A stretch of DNA of 64,000 bases, from the IMG/VR virus record IMGVR_UViG_3300037067_014415, positions 21,692 to 85,691 of that record; one strand, written 5' to 3'. The translations under genes were made by a program, and so were the position numbers. The notes under the pieces were generated by a model that did no database searches, was not told the DNA's origin, and saw nothing but the letters and a program-made list of their open reading frames with translations. This document shows, in pieces, positions 29,782 through 39,797 of this stretch. This DNA is from a virus (Duplodnaviria; Caudoviricetes). The first letter of the stretch is position 1; the number at the start of each line of letters is the position of its first letter.

Positions 29782-30709
29782 TTTAATTGGATTGTTAGAT
29801 GAGTTTGGTGTTGAATGGATAGATGAGGGGGCAAACACACAAGCGGGTTGGATAAATGTTAATTGTCCTGTATGTGAAGATGATGATTTCCATATGGGAT
29901 GGAATTTAGATGGTGATTATTTTCACTGTTGGCGCTGTGGGGGACATCGAAATGAATATGTGTTGCAGCGGTTATTGCATGTATCATATAGTGAAGTACA
30001 AAAAAAATTAAATGAGTTTTCAGACAGGTCTTTTCTTTTGCATGACCTGAACAAAAAAAAGGTGGGAAATGTAAAAAAAATTGAATTGCCAGGTAGTGAA
30101 AGATTAGGAGAGTTGTGTAGGGAGTATTTGGAGAAAAGAAGGTTTGATCCTGATTATATTCAGGATAAGTATTTAATAAGAGATGGTGGAATATCAGGTG
30201 ATTACTGTTTTAGACTAATAATTCCTATAATTTATAAGGGGCAGGTGGTTACATTCACCAGTAGGGATGTGACTGATGAACAAGAGATAAGATATAAGCA
30301 GCAGCCTTTGGAAGAGGCAGTGATGAACCCTAAACATGTTTTGTACAATTTGGATAATATTGATGATAATGAGGGGTGGGTATGTGTTGTGGAAGGTCCT
30401 GTGGATGTATGGAGAATGGGAAGTAATTTTATCTGCCCGTTTGGTACAGCATATACCGATAAGCAAATCTTAGTGATTGTGCAGTTGTTAAGCAAAAGAA
30501 TTTCAAGGAGTTTTTGTATATTTATCATGTTTGATAGTGAGAAGCAAGCACAGATAATTGCAAGACAGATTGGATCTGAATTAAATGTGCTAGGTTTTAC
30601 GAATGTTTATCAGATAAATTTGGAGAGTAAAAAGGATCCTGCACAGTTATCTGACAAGAAAGCACAGAAAATAAGGAAACAGTTTATGGAAATTGTGAGG
30701 AATAAGTGA
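29771..30709 (+). CDS. DNA primase (Zn finger + TOPRIM)
   Basis: CPVC...HCWRC; VVEGPVD; FDSE. Confidence 0.85.
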   Translation: MGIDLIGLLDEFGVEWIDEGANTQAGWINVNCPVCEDDDFHMGWNLDGDYFHCWRCGGHRNEYVLQRLLHVSYSEVQKKLNEFSDRSFLLHDLNKKKVGNVKKIELPGSERLGELCREYLEKRRFDPDYIQDKYLIRDGGISGDYCFRLIIPIIYKGQVVTFTSRDVTDEQEIRYKQQPLEEAVMNPKHVLYNLDNIDDNEGWVCVVEGPVDVWRMGSNFICPFGTAYTDKQILVIVQLLSKRISRSFCIFIMFDSEKQAQIIARQIGSELNVLGFTNVYQINLESKKDPAQLSDKKAQKIRKQFMEIVRNK

Positions 30710-33240
30710 CAAAGAAAGTTGATTTTGATGGAACACATTTAATAATTTCATTTTCTACGAATGATCGTAATGATTTTGCAGATATGTTGGATTCTGTAAA
30801 GACTAATGTTAGTGGTAGGTGGTTTGATAAAGATAATCGAGTGTGGAAAGCACCATATAGTAAAAAAAGTATAGAGTTTTTGAAGGGGATGGAGTTTGAT
30901 TTTTCTGAAAGAGTGGAGGTAAGAAAGAAAAAGAGTAAAAAAGAAAAGCAGAGATTATTAGATATTGAGCAGGAGATTCAAGCAGCATATAAGAGTGTTG
31001 TGATTGATGAGTGGAAATTGGATAAACGTATACGAAATTTTCAGAAAGAAGCAGTCCAGTTTATGGAATGGAGAAAGGGCAGAGCAATTGTGGCGGATGA
31101 AATGGGATGTATTGATGGTGAGGCAGTAATTAGTATAAATAGAGGGGGGAATGGTAAAAAGGTAAAAATAAAGGACGCTTATGCAAGATTTAAGGGAATT
31201 TCTTGTAGGCATAATTGGGATAAGGAAATAAAGACGTATTGTAGATGTTTAAAAGAGGATTTAGGAATTTTTGGATTAAATGAAGTTGTTGATATTTTGT
31301 ATAAAGGAAAAAGAGAGATTATTGAGATTGTTTTGCAATCTGGTAAAGTGTTAAAATTGACACCGGATCACGAGGTGTTGGGTGTGGGTGGTCAATGGAA
31401 AAGAATAGATAGCTTTAGTGTGGGAGATAGTATTGTTGTTAATGGTGGTGTTGTTTGTAAGCAATGTAGTGGTGGGGAAAATATAATAACATATAAATAT
31501 TCAAAGTTTATTGGGTATTGTAAACCTTGTATGTATAAGTGTTTAAGAACGCACAAGAATGATATAGAGGGAATAAAAAAAATAAAAAGAAAAGATGGGT
31601 ATGTGTATTTGGTTGGAAAAGGTGTTAGATTTCATAAGAGAAAAGGAACATCTGGTGTATTGGAACATGTCTTTATTATGGAAAATTATTTAGGAAGAGA
31701 TATTGATTTTAGTAAAGAAGAAATACACCATATAAATGAGATTAAGGATGATAATCGAATTGAAAATTTGAGGGTGGTTAGTAAAAGTGAACATAAGCAT
31801 GAACATAAAGCATATGCTCGTTTTGGTAATTTTAGGCATAATAATGGAAATGAAATAGTTATTGTTCCAAAAGAGGATGTGATTTTAGAAATAAGAGTAA
31901 GAAATGAATTTATTGATGTGTATGATTTGGTAATGGATGACCCGTATAGAAATTTTGTAGTAAATGGAATTGTAGTGCATAATTGTGGAAAAACATGTGA
32001 GTCTTTAAATTATGTTAGATTACATGATGAATTTAAAAAAATATTAATTGTGTGTCCTGCAACGTTAAAAATAAATTGGAGTAGAGAAATATTTACGTGG
32101 ACTGGGTGTAGAGATGTTCATGTGTTTCAGGGAAGAACACAGACATATATAGATTGTGATAGATATAGGTTTTTTATCATTAACTATGATATTTTGCAGA
32201 ACTGGGTGGATTTTATATTGAAATTGAATTTTGATATTGTAATTGCAGATGAGGCACATTATTTAGGGAATAGCAAGGCAATTAGAACAGTGTCATTTCG
32301 AGAAATGTGTGAGAAAATAGATAAAGTTTTGTTTTTGTCTGGTACTCCAATTAAGAACCGTCCGGCAGAGTTTTATACTATGTTAAGTATGGTGGCACCG
32401 GATGTGTTTTCAGACCAAACAGCGTTTTTGTTTCGATATTGTGGTCCTCAGCATAATGGGTTTGGTTACTCTTTTAAGGGTGCAACGCATCAAAAGGAAT
32501 TGAGAGAGTTGATTTTACCTTATATGATTAGACGGGAAAAAAGTGAGGTTTTAACTGAATTACCTGGTAAGATTAAAAATGTAATATATTTAAGTAGTAC
32601 AGCAGCAGAATATAAAAAGTATACGAATGCTGTTAAGAATTTCAAAGATATTTTGGGATACTCTTCTAAAAATAAATTAGAGTTACAGAATAATATTGAA
32701 GCTGTGAAACAGGCAGCATATGAAGCAAAGAAAAGTTCGGTATATAAGTGGATTGATGATTTTTTGATGAGTGATCAGAAATTAGTTGTGTTTGCATATC
32801 ATCGAAAAGCAATAGATGAATTGTATGAGAAGTACCGGGATATTGCTGTCAGGGTGTATGGTGGTGTGTCTATGCAGGATAGACAGAAAAGTATAGACAG
32901 TTTTCAGGAAAAAGAAGAGGTAAAGATGTTTATATGTCAGATTAAAGCAGCAGAGGGTTTTAATTTGACAGCAGCGTCAAATGTGGCTATACTGGAATTT
33001 ACCTGGGTTCCTGCTGACCATGAACAGGCTGTTGATAGATGTGATCGAATAGGACAGAAATTTAGTGTAAATGTTTATTATTTGATTGCAGAAAACACGA
33101 TTGAAGATAAATTAGTGAAAATGTTACAGAAAAAGAAGAGAATAGTGTCAGGATTGATAAATGGAGAGGAAGAAGATTTTATCAGTGAAGAGGAGATTAT
33201 GAAGGGTGTGTTAGAGGAGTTGGTGAGTGGAAGTAAATAA
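30706..33240 (+). CDS. SNF2-family helicase with HARP-like N-terminus, intein-containing
   Basis: DEMG/CGKT, DEAH, SGTP, QAVDRCDRIGQ motifs. Confidence 0.9.
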   Translation: MTKKVDFDGTHLIISFSTNDRNDFADMLDSVKTNVSGRWFDKDNRVWKAPYSKKSIEFLKGMEFDFSERVEVRKKKSKKEKQRLLDIEQEIQAAYKSVVIDEWKLDKRIRNFQKEAVQFMEWRKGRAIVADEMGCIDGEAVISINRGGNGKKVKIKDAYARFKGISCRHNWDKEIKTYCRCLKEDLGIFGLNEVVDILYKGKREIIEIVLQSGKVLKLTPDHEVLGVGGQWKRIDSFSVGDSIVVNGGVVCKQCSGGENIITYKYSKFIGYCKPCMYKCLRTHKNDIEGIKKIKRKDGYVYLVGKGVRFHKRKGTSGVLEHVFIMENYLGRDIDFSKEEIHHINEIKDDNRIENLRVVSKSEHKHEHKAYARFGNFRHNNGNEIVIVPKEDVILEIRVRNEFIDVYDLVMDDPYRNFVVNGIVVHNCGKTCESLNYVRLHDEFKKILIVCPATLKINWSREIFTWTGCRDVHVFQGRTQTYIDCDRYRFFIINYDILQNWVDFILKLNFDIVIADEAHYLGNSKAIRTVSFREMCEKIDKVLFLSGTPIKNRPAEFYTMLSMVAPDVFSDQTAFLFRYCGPQHNGFGYSFKGATHQKELRELILPYMIRREKSEVLTELPGKIKNVIYLSSTAAEYKKYTNAVKNFKDILGYSSKNKLELQNNIEAVKQAAYEAKKSSVYKWIDDFLMSDQKLVVFAYHRKAIDELYEKYRDIAVRVYGGVSMQDRQKSIDSFQEKEEVKMFICQIKAAEGFNLTAASNVAILEFTWVPADHEQAVDRCDRIGQKFSVNVYYLIAENTIEDKLVKMLQKKKRIVSGLINGEEEDFISEEEIMKGVLEELVSGSK
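31108..31983 (+). mobile_element. intein (292 aa) with HNH homing endonuclease
   Basis: starts CIDG, block B LTPDHEV, ends VVHN followed by Cys; internal EH...HHINEIKDDNRIENL HNH motif. Confidence 0.92.
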
Positions 33241-34339
33241 AGTATATCGTGGTGATGCTGAAAGTGTTTTAAAGGAATTTCGTGTTAATTGTATTAATTG
33301 TACAGTTACTTCACCTCCATATTATAAACTACGGGATTATCAGGTAAAAGGACAAATTGGTTTAGAAGATAATTTTTTTGATTATTTAGAGAGATTAAGA
33401 TTAGTATTTGATCAAGTTTACCGGGTAACTATGGATGATGGCAGTCTATGGGTGGTGATTGGTGATACCTATGCAAAGCAAGGGTGTTGTGGGAATGATG
33501 GTAAAAACAAAAGTAAGTATTATGATGTAAATGATGTAAAAATTCAAAGAAAAATACCAATGGGGTTTAAAGCAAAGGAGTTGATGGGGGTGCCGTGGCG
33601 TGTGGCATTTATGCTGCAGGATATGGGGTGGTATTTAAGAAATGATATTATATGGAGTAAATTGTCTGTTCTTCCAGAGTCAGTTAAGGACAGATTTACG
33701 AAGGCGCATGAATATGTGTTTTTCTTTACGAAGTCGGAAAAATATTATTTTGACCAGGATGCTGTAAAAGAAGATATTTCTTATTCATCTTATGTTCGAT
33801 TAATGCAGGACATTGAAAATCAAAAGGGAAGTGATAGAGCATATGAGGGTGTAAACAATAAACAGATGAAGGCTGTATTTAAAGGAAATAGAAAAGAATT
33901 TAGGGGTGGTGGTAAGTATACAAAAGGTCAAAGTATGAATAATGATACTTTTGTTGAAAATGAGGTGAAAGGAAATAATGATAAGTTGTTGGCAAAGAAT
34001 GGGACTAATATAAAAGGGCATAGTGGATATAAGAATGCAGCAGGAGAATATGTTGTGGATGTGTTGACTATGAAGCGAAATAGACGGACAGTGTGGGAAG
34101 TGTCAACAGAGGGTAGTAAATTGGCACATTATGCAACGTTTCCGCAGCGATTGGCAGAAATATGTGTGTTGGCTGGGTGTCCTTCGGAAGGGGTTGTATT
34201 GGATCCATTTTTTGGTACGGGAACAACAGGATTGGTGTCATTAGGTGTGAATCGTAAGTATGTAGGGATTGATTTAAAAGAAGAATATGTGGAAATGGCA
34301 AGAAAAAGGATACAAAGTAAGTTTGGTTTGATTGTGTAA
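33227..34339 (+). CDS. DNA methyltransferase, N4C/N6A beta class
   Basis: TSPPY ... DPFFGTGTT. Confidence 0.9.
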   Translation: MEVNKVYRGDAESVLKEFRVNCINCTVTSPPYYKLRDYQVKGQIGLEDNFFDYLERLRLVFDQVYRVTMDDGSLWVVIGDTYAKQGCCGNDGKNKSKYYDVNDVKIQRKIPMGFKAKELMGVPWRVAFMLQDMGWYLRNDIIWSKLSVLPESVKDRFTKAHEYVFFFTKSEKYYFDQDAVKEDISYSSYVRLMQDIENQKGSDRAYEGVNNKQMKAVFKGNRKEFRGGGKYTKGQSMNNDTFVENEVKGNNDKLLAKNGTNIKGHSGYKNAAGEYVVDVLTMKRNRRTVWEVSTEGSKLAHYATFPQRLAEICVLAGCPSEGVVLDPFFGTGTTGLVSLGVNRKYVGIDLKEEYVEMARKRIQSKFGLIV

Positions 34340-34693
34340 TTGGAGGTGAAGGTGTGTGATGATAGTTCATATCCTGGGACAGGAAGTAATAAAGATTGTG
34401 TTTGGAATTTTGGAAAAAAGGCATATAATAATATACCAATAATGAATCATCCTTTAAGTAGGAGTACGGACCAACCAACACGAGAAGAAATTGTATTTGA
34501 TGGTGCGTTTGCGTATATGTCATGGGAAGTGTTTAAAAGATTGAGTGTGTATGAGTGTAGTATACCTACTGGTGCATGGCCAGGGAAAATATGGAGAAAT
34601 AGAGATTATTTGTGTTGGTTTTCAGAATCTGTTGAAGAGGGTTATTTGGATATACATAGAAAATTGATATTTGTGTTGGATAATATTTATTAA
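34340..34693 (+). CDS. hypothetical protein
   Basis: 117 aa; PTG...GKIWR motif. Confidence 0.55.
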   Translation: MEVKVCDDSSYPGTGSNKDCVWNFGKKAYNNIPIMNHPLSRSTDQPTREEIVFDGAFAYMSWEVFKRLSVYECSIPTGAWPGKIWRNRDYLCWFSESVEEGYLDIHRKLIFVLDNIY

Positions 34694-34713
34694 GTATAAA
34701 AGGAAATTGACAG

Positions 34714-36114
34714 GTGAAAATAGAAAAAATTGATTTGTCTCAAGAGAGATTGATTATTACTTATATGATTGTGTCCACTCCTTTTTTAGAGGGTGTGTCA
34801 AAGTTAGCAAAAACTAGTTTATTTGAGTCTAAATATGCCAGATTTTTGAGTGAGTGGGTGTTGGAGTATTGGGAGCGATATAAGCAGGCACCTGGTAAAA
34901 ACATCCAGGATGTTTATCATCAAAAAGTGAAAAAAGTAAGAAATGATGATGTAAAAGAGTTAATTTCTGTTTTTTTAGTGAGGCTGTCAAAAGAGTATCA
35001 GCAAACAAGTGAAACCACAAATGTTTCTTTTTTATTAACAACAGCATTAAGATTTTTCAGAGTGCAGTCATTAAAGGAAGCAAAGGAAAGACTGGAGTCT
35101 GCTATTGTCGAGGATGATCCAGAGAAAGGTGAGCATGTTATAGCAACATATAGTCGAATTGAAGAAAAACGTGGTAATGGTGTGTTTTTGTTGAACGATG
35201 CAAAGGCAATTGTAAAGGCATTAGCACAAGAAGATGAGGTTTTATTGAGATTGCCTGGTTTTTTGGGGGAAGTAGTGGGACCTTTATCCAGGTCTGATTT
35301 TGTTGCGTTTATGGCACCATTTAAGAGGGGCAAGTCTTGGTGGTCGTGGTATGTTGCACAGGTGGGTGTGTTTTATGGGTTGAAGTGTGCGTGTTTTAAT
35401 TTTGAAATATCAGAGAGAAAGTATAATAGGCGTGGGTGGGTGTCTATGATGGGACAACCAATGAAGGATAAAGAGGTCATGATTCCATTTTTTGAAAGTG
35501 TGGGAAATAATGAATTTTGTGTTTCTATTGAGTATAAAAAAATGGAAGGTTTGAAAAAAAGTATTAAGGATATTGAAAAAGAACAGAAGAAATTAAGGAT
35601 GCAGTTTAGGTCTGGTAATGTGTTTTTAAGTACGAGTGCTTCTGCTAGTAAGAAAGTTGAAGATATTGAAAAGGAGTTGGATAATTTAGCATATTATGAT
35701 CATTATATACCAGACATGATTGTGGTAGATTCTCCTGATTTAATGTTATTTGATAAAAGAATTAGAGAGCCCAGATTACAGATAGATGAGGTATGGAAAG
35801 GGTTAAGAAGAATTTCAACAGAGAGAAATTTGTTGATTGTTGCGCCTACTCATACTAATAAGAAAACTCTAGATCGAGATGTAAAAGAGGGGGATAGTAC
35901 TGAAGATATGATGAAAATGGCACATGTCACAAAGTCACTTGGTATTAATCTTAATGATACTGATAGAGCTATGTCTGCTGTTAGAATTAGTCATATTGTG
36001 GATCGTGAAGAAAAGAAGATGATGAAACAGGCATTAGTTTTGCAGTGTATAGACCTGGGGTTAGTGCATATTGATTCTAAAGATGTTAATACAGTAGTGG
36101 GGTTGAAAGAATAA
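34714..36114 (+). CDS. dnaB: replicative DnaB-like helicase
   Basis: Walker A APFKRGKS, IVVD, DnaB-like C-terminal motifs. Confidence 0.8.
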   Translation: MKIEKIDLSQERLIITYMIVSTPFLEGVSKLAKTSLFESKYARFLSEWVLEYWERYKQAPGKNIQDVYHQKVKKVRNDDVKELISVFLVRLSKEYQQTSETTNVSFLLTTALRFFRVQSLKEAKERLESAIVEDDPEKGEHVIATYSRIEEKRGNGVFLLNDAKAIVKALAQEDEVLLRLPGFLGEVVGPLSRSDFVAFMAPFKRGKSWWSWYVAQVGVFYGLKCACFNFEISERKYNRRGWVSMMGQPMKDKEVMIPFFESVGNNEFCVSIEYKKMEGLKKSIKDIEKEQKKLRMQFRSGNVFLSTSASASKKVEDIEKELDNLAYYDHYIPDMIVVDSPDLMLFDKRIREPRLQIDEVWKGLRRISTERNLLIVAPTHTNKKTLDRDVKEGDSTEDMMKMAHVTKSLGINLNDTDRAMSAVRISHIVDREEKKMMKQALVLQCIDLGLVHIDSKDVNTVVGLKE

Positions 36115-36863
36115 TGGAAAAGGTAGAATTGATTTTTGGTGATTGTTTAGATGAAATGAAGAAGATACCAAAAAATAGTGTTGATTTAATATTGTGTGAT
36201 TTACCATATGGGACTACAAAGTGTTCCTGGGATGTGCCTATTCCTTTTGATCTTTTATGGATGCATTATAAAAGGTTAATTAAGAAGAATGGAGTAATTT
36301 GTTTGAATGGTTGTCAACCATTCACTAGTTTATTGATAGTAAGTAATTTGAAGATGTTTAAGTATTGTTGGGTTTGGGTAAAAGAAAGACCTGTAAATAT
36401 ATTACAAATAAAGAAAAGAGCTGGAAAAAATACAGAGGATGTTGTTGTGTTTTATGAAGGTCAGTGTATATACAATGCACAAAAGATAAAGCATGATGGA
36501 AAGTTAAGGACAAATAGTATTAAGAATGGTTCTTTAGGGGTGTTAGTGGATAGTGCTAATAAAAAAGCAAGTTCTTATAGAGATGATAGAACTCGGTGGC
36601 CTTTGCAGACTTTGTATATCACAAGAGATATTCTAAAAAGTAATTTGCATCCAACACAAAAACCAGAAGAATTATGTGAGTATATGATTAAAACATATAC
36701 GAATGAGGGTGATTTGGTTTTGGATAATTGTATGGGTAGTGGTACGTCCGGTGTTGCAGCAGTGCATTTAAAAAGAAGATTTATTGGAATGGAAAATAAT
36801 GAGAAGTTTTTTAATATAGCAAAAGAAAGAATTATTAATGAGAGTTTGAAATTTAATATATAA
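36114..36863 (+). CDS. DNA methyltransferase, beta class
   Basis: DLPYG, HPTQKP, DNCMGSGTS. Confidence 0.9.
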   Translation: MEKVELIFGDCLDEMKKIPKNSVDLILCDLPYGTTKCSWDVPIPFDLLWMHYKRLIKKNGVICLNGCQPFTSLLIVSNLKMFKYCWVWVKERPVNILQIKKRAGKNTEDVVVFYEGQCIYNAQKIKHDGKLRTNSIKNGSLGVLVDSANKKASSYRDDRTRWPLQTLYITRDILKSNLHPTQKPEELCEYMIKTYTNEGDLVLDNCMGSGTSGVAAVHLKRRFIGMENNEKFFNIAKERIINESLKFNI

Positions 36864-36872
36864 GGAGTTTTT

Positions 36873-37967
36873 ATGTTAGTAAATCGTGAGAGTTTTTTAA
36901 CTGATTTGAAAAAAGCGGAAATTTGTGTTGATAAAAAGGCAAGTGGGTTTTATCAATTATTTTGTTTTGAAGGTGGATATGTGTATTCCTCGTTTTGGGA
37001 TAGAATGTTTTCTAAAGTTTTTTTAGGAAAACAGTATGAGGCAATTGAAGGAAATATATGTGCACGGGATCTGATTGAATTGTTGGCTTCTATGAAGGAA
37101 GTGGAAGTTGAAATTGTTACTGAAAATATGGAAATGAGGATTAATAGTGCGGGTAAGTCAAAGGCTGTTTTTCCTTTAGTGTCTAATCAGCATGTAAGTG
37201 AATGGCTGGAAGCATTAAAGGAAAAGAGGCGGTTGGTAGAAGAAGTGGATTGGAGGGTTGTTCCTGCTTTTTTTAAGGAAGCATTTGTTTATTGTTTTTT
37301 TAAATCGAATAATCAGAATGAAAAGTCAGGTGTGGTGGTAAAAGGGCATGATGTTGTTTATACGAATGGTAGTAGAGTGAATCATTTTACTATGGATTGT
37401 GCTATGGGCGAGTTTATGTTGTCGGATGTGATAGCACAAAGAATGTGTAAGTTTTTTGAAGTATTGAATGTAACTCAATATTGTTTGATGGAAGATTGCA
37501 TATTATTTAGAATGGTGGATGGAACAGTGATTGTGTGTGCATTGGGAAATATGAGTAATTATATTAATTTTACTGATTTTTTAAGAAATTATGAAATTGA
37601 TGAAATAGAACAAAAGTATGATTTTCCTATGGAAATTGATGATGTGATTGCACGGTGTTCTTTGTTTGCGGAGCATATTAATGTGTCAGATGCAGATTTG
37701 GTTTATTTGACTTTGACAGATGAAGGGATTATATGTAATTCACAACAGAAAGGAAAAAAGACATTTGAAGAAACAGTTAGATGGAAAAATAATGATGATT
37801 ATGTGTATTTGAGAAAATCACCTATAAAAATATGTTCTGATTGTAAACGGCTTCTCTATGGTTTGAGTAAATCGCACATAGTTTATTTGGCATTTGAGAA
37901 TAAAATGTGTTTTGTGAATAAAGAAAGTGAAACAATTATATCTTTGTTGTATGAGGTAAAGAAATAA
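36873..37967 (+). CDS. sliding clamp (beta-clamp-like)
   Basis: 364 aa, begins MLVNRESFL, located before the polymerase; a clamp loader lies downstream. Confidence 0.6.
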   Translation: MLVNRESFLTDLKKAEICVDKKASGFYQLFCFEGGYVYSSFWDRMFSKVFLGKQYEAIEGNICARDLIELLASMKEVEVEIVTENMEMRINSAGKSKAVFPLVSNQHVSEWLEALKEKRRLVEEVDWRVVPAFFKEAFVYCFFKSNNQNEKSGVVVKGHDVVYTNGSRVNHFTMDCAMGEFMLSDVIAQRMCKFFEVLNVTQYCLMEDCILFRMVDGTVIVCALGNMSNYINFTDFLRNYEIDEIEQKYDFPMEIDDVIARCSLFAEHINVSDADLVYLTLTDEGIICNSQQKGKKTFEETVRWKNNDDYVYLRKSPIKICSDCKRLLYGLSKSHIVYLAFENKMCFVNKESETIISLLYEVKK

Positions 37968-39797
37968 ATGAAGGACGGCTTTTTTGAAGAATTTAAAGAA
38001 ATATATGAGGTGTCAATAAGTAAAGAAAAGCCGTTAAAAACATATACTTGTGAAGATTGTAAATTATATCAGAGTTGTAAATCACCAAAGATAAAGGTGA
38101 CTGGTCAAGGAAGAAAAAGAATAATGCTTGTATTTGAGTTTCCAGGAAAGGAAGAGGGAATAGTAGGTAAGTTTTTAGTAGGTGAAACAAAGAGGTTATT
38201 AACAGGAATTTTCCTGAAATATGGAGTGAAAATAGAACAGGATTGCTGGATAACAAGTGCAGTTCGATGCACCCCATTTGATAAGAAAAATATGTTAAGA
38301 GTACCTACGAAAAAAGAAATAAGTATGTGTCGAAAGAATTTATTAAGTGATATTGAAACATTAACTCCAAATGTGATTATTGTTTTGGGTGATATTGCTT
38401 TGACCAGTTTGCTTGGTCATAGGTTAGTGGGGAGAATGAAAAAAGGGAAATATACTGATTGGTTAAATTTACAGGTGCCGGATCAAGAAATGAAAAAGTG
38501 GATATGTTGTGTTTTTTCTCCTTATTTTATTAAAAACAGAATGAATGATTCCAGGAAAGAATGGGACATTAATATTTATATGGGGATGTGGAAAAAGCAG
38601 ATAAAGAATGCTCTTTTGAAGTGGAATGTGGATGTTCCAATTATGAATTATAAGAGTAGAATAAAGACGATAACAGATGAAAAAAAGATTTATTCTGTTC
38701 TAGATAGATATATAAGAGAGAAATATAAGTGGATAGCATTTGACTATGAAACTACTGGAATAAAGCCACATCGAAAAGAGCAAAGAATATTATGTGTGTC
38801 TATTAGTAATGGAAATGAAAGTGTGTCTTTTCCTGTTCTTAATACATCTTTATTTAGAAGTAAGTTTAAGATGTTAATGGAATGTGAAGAGATAGGTAAG
38901 ATTGCGCATCAATTGTCATTTGAGGAGTTGTGGACAAAGGTGAAGTTGAATATGGATGTGTGTGGAAAACGGTATGATACGTTATTGGCGGCACACTGTA
39001 TTAATAATCGAAGGTCTTTAAGTTCTAATGGTTTGAAGTTTTTAGTATATGTGAATTTTGGTGTTTTGGGGTATGATGGGGATGTTGATAAATATATACA
39101 TAGGACTAAAGAAAATGAGATTAAAAAGTCAGGGAATGCTTTGAATTGTTTGGATGAGTTGGAGTTGGAAACGTTATTGAAATATAATGCAGAGGATTCC
39201 TATTTCACGTATTTGTTATTTAAGTTGCAAAGAAAAGTATTGAAGGGAAAAAAGAGAGAAGGGTTTAACTTTTTTATGGAGGGGCAGGCAGCATTGCTTT
39301 CTGCATCTGCCAGGGGTGTGAGTTTTAATACACAAATGGCGGTGAATGATGTTATTAAGTTGAAAAGAAAGTTGGATTGTATTGAGAAGAGAATAAAGAC
39401 AAATGAGAAGATTGTTAAGGAATATGGTGATAGTTTTAATTTTAATAGTACAACACAATTACGGGATTATTTGTTTAGAGTGGAAGGATTGTCAGGTTTT
39501 AAGCTTACAAAGACAGATTTGATGTCTGTGGATAAGGAAGTGATTGATGAGTTAAATAAACGAAATGATCTTCCTGTCTTACAAGATATATTGAAGTATA
39601 GGAAGTGGGATAAAGTTCTGAGTACATATTATGAACCATATTTGAGAGAAAAGTGTGATGATAGAATGAATTCATTTTTTGGATTGAGTAATGTAATTAC
39701 ATACCGGTCATCGTGTAGTAGTGTTAATTTACAGAACATACCTAAACGTGATTTGGAGATTAAGGGAATGATGAGAAGGTTGTTTCATGCAGAATAG
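37968..39797 (+). CDS. polA: family A DNA polymerase, N-terminal part (UDG-like domain, 3'-5' exonuclease, start of polymerase domain)
   Basis: CEDC...C Fe-S UDG-like start; FDYETTG ExoI; YNAEDS ExoIII; RSSCSSVNLQNIP. Confidence 0.88.
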   Translation: MKDGFFEEFKEIYEVSISKEKPLKTYTCEDCKLYQSCKSPKIKVTGQGRKRIMLVFEFPGKEEGIVGKFLVGETKRLLTGIFLKYGVKIEQDCWITSAVRCTPFDKKNMLRVPTKKEISMCRKNLLSDIETLTPNVIIVLGDIALTSLLGHRLVGRMKKGKYTDWLNLQVPDQEMKKWICCVFSPYFIKNRMNDSRKEWDINIYMGMWKKQIKNALLKWNVDVPIMNYKSRIKTITDEKKIYSVLDRYIREKYKWIAFDYETTGIKPHRKEQRILCVSISNGNESVSFPVLNTSLFRSKFKMLMECEEIGKIAHQLSFEELWTKVKLNMDVCGKRYDTLLAAHCINNRRSLSSNGLKFLVYVNFGVLGYDGDVDKYIHRTKENEIKKSGNALNCLDELELETLLKYNAEDSYFTYLLFKLQRKVLKGKKREGFNFFMEGQAALLSASARGVSFNTQMAVNDVIKLKRKLDCIEKRIKTNEKIVKEYGDSFNFNSTTQLRDYLFRVEGLSGFKLTKTDLMSVDKEVIDELNKRNDLPVLQDILKYRKWDKVLSTYYEPYLREKCDDRMNSFFGLSNVITYRSSCSSVNLQNIPKRDLEIKGMMRRLFHAE

